Source of the DNA: Armatimonadota bacterium
GTDB taxonomy: Bacteria > Armatimonadota > Armatimonadia > Armatimonadales > Capsulimonadaceae
Assembly (NCBI GenBank): GCA_964657535.1
Contig: CAZZVX010000038.1
Location: 2,003-19,185 of the forward strand
Direction of reading: 5' to 3'
DNA: 17,183 bases
In this document: in pieces, positions 15,015 through 17,183 of the stretch
How the letters are laid out: each line of letters starts with the position of its first letter
How positions within the stretch are numbered: the first letter of the stretch is position 1
Translations under genes and position numbers: made by a program
Notes under the pieces: generated by a model
The model's input: the letters and a program-made list of their open reading frames with translations, nothing else
Databases searched by the model: none
Told to the model about the DNA's origin: nothing

Positions 15015-17183
15015 ATGAACGTACCCACTTTAGCGCCGGATATACAGTACCCAAACGGCAGCCGCGATCAGGAAATTACCCCTCAGCCAGGGACTCTGAA
15101 CCCGGATGAACTGCGTCGGACTGATGCCTACTGGCGGGCCGCCAACTACCTGTCGGTCGGCCAGATATACCTGTACGACAACCCGCTGCTGAAGCGGCCT
15201 CTGGCGCTCACGGACGTCAAGCATATGCTGCTGGGACACTGGGGGACGACGCCCGGACAGAACTTCATCTACACCCACCTGAACCGGGTCATCAAGAAGT
15301 ACGACCTGGATATGATCTACGTCTCCGGCCCCGGACACGGCGGCCCCGCCGTCGTGAGCGGCACGTACCTGGAAGGCACCTACAGCGAGGTCTATCCCAA
15401 CATCAGTCAGGACGAGGCCGGTCTGCGCAAACTGTTCAAGCAATTCTCGTTCCCCGGCGGCATCCCCAGCCACGCCTCGCCGGAGACGCCCGGCTCGATC
15501 CATGAGGGCGGCGAACTGGGCTATTCGCTTAGCCATTCGTTCGGGGCCGTGTTCGACAACCCCGAACTCGTCGTCGCCTGCGTCGTCGGCGACGGCGAGG
15601 CGGAGACCGGGCCGCTCGCCACGGCCTGGCACTCCAACAAGTTTTTGGACCCCGTCACCGACGGCGCGGTGCTGCCCATTTTGCACCTCAACGGCTACAA
15701 AATTTCCAATCCGACCCTGCTGGCCCGCATCAGCCGCGAGGAACTGGAACAACTGCTGCGCGGCTACGGGTGGACGCCGTATTTCGTGGAGGGCCATGAA
15801 CCGGACCGGATGCACGAGGCGATGGCCGCGACTCTTGATACGGCGGTGGCGCAGATTAAACAAATCCAGCAGGACGCCCGCAGTCAAGGGAACACGACGC
15901 GCCCGCACTGGCCGATGATCGTATTGCGTTCCCCCAAAGGCTGGACGGGGCCGAAGATGGTAGATGGCCTGCAAGTAGAAGGCACCTTCCGCGCGCACCA
16001 GGTGCCGCTTTCCGACCCGGCCACCCACCCCGAACACCTGGCACTGCTGGAAGAGTGGCTGCGGAGCTATCGGCCTGAAGAACTCTTCAACGCGGAGGGC
16101 CACCTGCTGCCGGAACTGGCCGAACTCGCACCGACGGGCGAGCGGCGCATGGGCGCGAACCCGCACGCCAACGGCGGCCTCCTGCTGCGCGACCTGCGGA
16201 TGCCGGACTTCAACGACTACGCGCTCCCTGTGCCGACGCCGGGGGCCGGCGGCCCCGGCGACACGCACATTCTGGGCAGGTTCCTGCGCGATGTGGTGAA
16301 ACTGAACGACGCGCAGAAGAACTTCCGCGTCTTCGGCCCGGACGAGACGCTGTCCAACGGACTGGAAGCGCTGTTCGAGGCGACCGAGCGCCAGTGGGAC
16401 GCGGCGACCGCGCCGAACGACGAATGGCTCGCGCCGACGGGCCGCGTGATGGAGGTGCTGAGCGAACACCAGTGCGAGGGCTGGCTGGAAGGCTACCTGC
16501 TCACCGGGCGGCACGGGCTGTTCAACTGCTATGAGGCGTTCATCCACATCGTGGACTCGATGTTCAACCAGCACGCCAAGTGGCTGAAGGTGACGTCGCG
16601 CCTGCCGTGGCGGCGGCCCATCGCGAGCCTCAACTACCTGCTGGCCTCGCACGTCTGGCGTCAGGACCACAACGGCTTCACCCATCAAGACCCCGGCTTC
16701 CTGGACCACGTCGTCAACAAAAAGGCTGAAGTGGTGCGCGTCTACCTGCCGCCGGACGCTAACTGCCTGCTGTCGGTGATGGACCACTGCCTGCGCAGCC
16801 GCCACTACGTCAATGTCGTGGTCGCGGGCAAGCACCCCGCGCCGCAGTGGCTGACGATGGATGCCGCCGTCAAGCACTGCACCGAGGGCATCGGCATCTG
16901 GCAGTGGGCGAGCAATGACCAGGAAGCCGAACCCGACGTGGTCATGGCCTGCTGCGGCGACGTGCCGACGCTGGAGACGCTCGCTGCCGTCTCGATCCTG
17001 CGCGAGCGCCTGCCCGACTTGAAGGTGCGGGTGGTCAACGTCGTGGATCTGATGCGGCTTCAGCCGCAGACCGAACACCCGCACGGCCTGAGCGACAGGG
17101 ACTTCGACGGGCTGTTCACCACGAACAAGCCGGTCATCTTCGCCTTCCACGCCTACCCCTGGCTGATCCACCGGCTGACCTAC
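15015..17183 (+). CDS. xfp: Xylulose-5-phosphate/fructose-6-phosphate phosphoketolase (TPP-dependent), 3'-truncated by the window end (723 codons present, no stop).
   Basis: The + strand frame is open from ATG 15015 to the window end, with RBS GAGGAG upstream. The translation contains phosphoketolase signatures ([62 protein letters not shown]). It is absent from the supplied track only because it has no stop. The 713-aa minus-strand ORF 15030..17171 is its antisense shadow. Confidence 0.9.
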   Translation, partial: MNVPTLAPDIQYPNGSRDQEITPQPGTLNPDELRRTDAYWRAANYLSVGQIYLYDNPLLKRPLALTDVKHMLLGHWGTTPGQNFIYTHLNRVIKKYDLDMIYVSGPGHGGPAVVSGTYLEGTYSEVYPNISQDEAGLRKLFKQFSFPGGIPSHASPETPGSIHEGGELGYSLSHSFGAVFDNPELVVACVVGDGEAETGPLATAWHSNKFLDPVTDGAVLPILHLNGYKISNPTLLARISREELEQLLRGYGWTPYFVEGHEPDRMHEAMAATLDTAVAQIKQIQQDARSQGNTTRPHWPMIVLRSPKGWTGPKMVDGLQVEGTFRAHQVPLSDPATHPEHLALLEEWLRSYRPEELFNAEGHLLPELAELAPTGERRMGANPHANGGLLLRDLRMPDFNDYALPVPTPGAGGPGDTHILGRFLRDVVKLNDAQKNFRVFGPDETLSNGLEALFEATERQWDAATAPNDEWLAPTGRVMEVLSEHQCEGWLEGYLLTGRHGLFNCYEAFIHIVDSMFNQHAKWLKVTSRLPWRRPIASLNYLLASHVWRQDHNGFTHQDPGFLDHVVNKKAEVVRVYLPPDANCLLSVMDHCLRSRHYVNVVVAGKHPAPQWLTMDAAVKHCTEGIGIWQWASNDQEAEPDVVMACCGDVPTLETLAAVSILRERLPDLKVRVVNVVDLMRLQPQTEHPHGLSDRDFDGLFTTNKPVIFAFHAYPWLIHRLTY

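Noticed and set aside
1-17183. Search for tRNA, rRNA, CRISPR arrays, IS elements and integrases
   Set aside because: No T-loop GGTTCGAATCC-like motifs or cloverleaf candidates were found. No regularly spaced identical repeats with unique spacers. No transposase or integrase-like ORF. No long terminal inverted repeats around the duplicated modules.

Overview
This is a high-GC (about 65-70%) bacterial window. Nearly every plausible gene is on the + strand, and the many long antisense shadow ORFs are rejected below.

Gene order:
- A two-component system at the 5' end: a 5'-truncated PAS + HisKA_3 + HATPase sensor kinase, then a NarL/LuxR-family response regulator.
- Two minus-strand genes: a polytopic membrane protein, and a small protein with a glycine-periodic repeat that is encoded by a 15-bp tandem DNA repeat.
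- A long + strand run of genes typical of low-oxygen, dormancy or stress physiology:
  - a cytoplasmic DsbA-like thioredoxin-fold protein with a degenerate DPQC active site
  - a tandem universal stress protein (Usp)
  - a small Zn-ribbon ORF
  - cytochrome bd oxidase cydAB
  - a D-isomer 2-hydroxyacid (D-lactate-type) dehydrogenase
  - two small hypothetical ORFs
  - a VIT1/CCC1-family Fe/Mn transporter
  - a Zn-dependent alcohol dehydrogenase
  - a Tat-signal nitroreductase-family protein (Acg-like)
  - a BON-domain (OsmY-like) protein
  - a second Usp
  - an SPFH/band-7 protein
  - a 3'-truncated phosphoketolase. The supplied ORF track omits this gene because it has no stop codon inside the window.

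No rRNA, tRNA, CRISPR array or transposase gene was recognised.

The most interesting signal is a conserved module of about 90 bp present twice (about 3036-3126 and 12520-12625), each time upstream of a + strand stress gene. It has a GC-rich 8-4-8 palindrome or terminator-like hairpin followed by a T-tract, a perfectly conserved 20-mer CCGAACCCCAGACGGGCGAC, and a conserved CCATACT box. Together with the adjacent PAS-kinase/NarL-type pair, this suggests a self-contained hypoxia/dormancy-like regulon island (DosR/OsdR-like in content) with its own cis element. This is inference; no database search was possible here.
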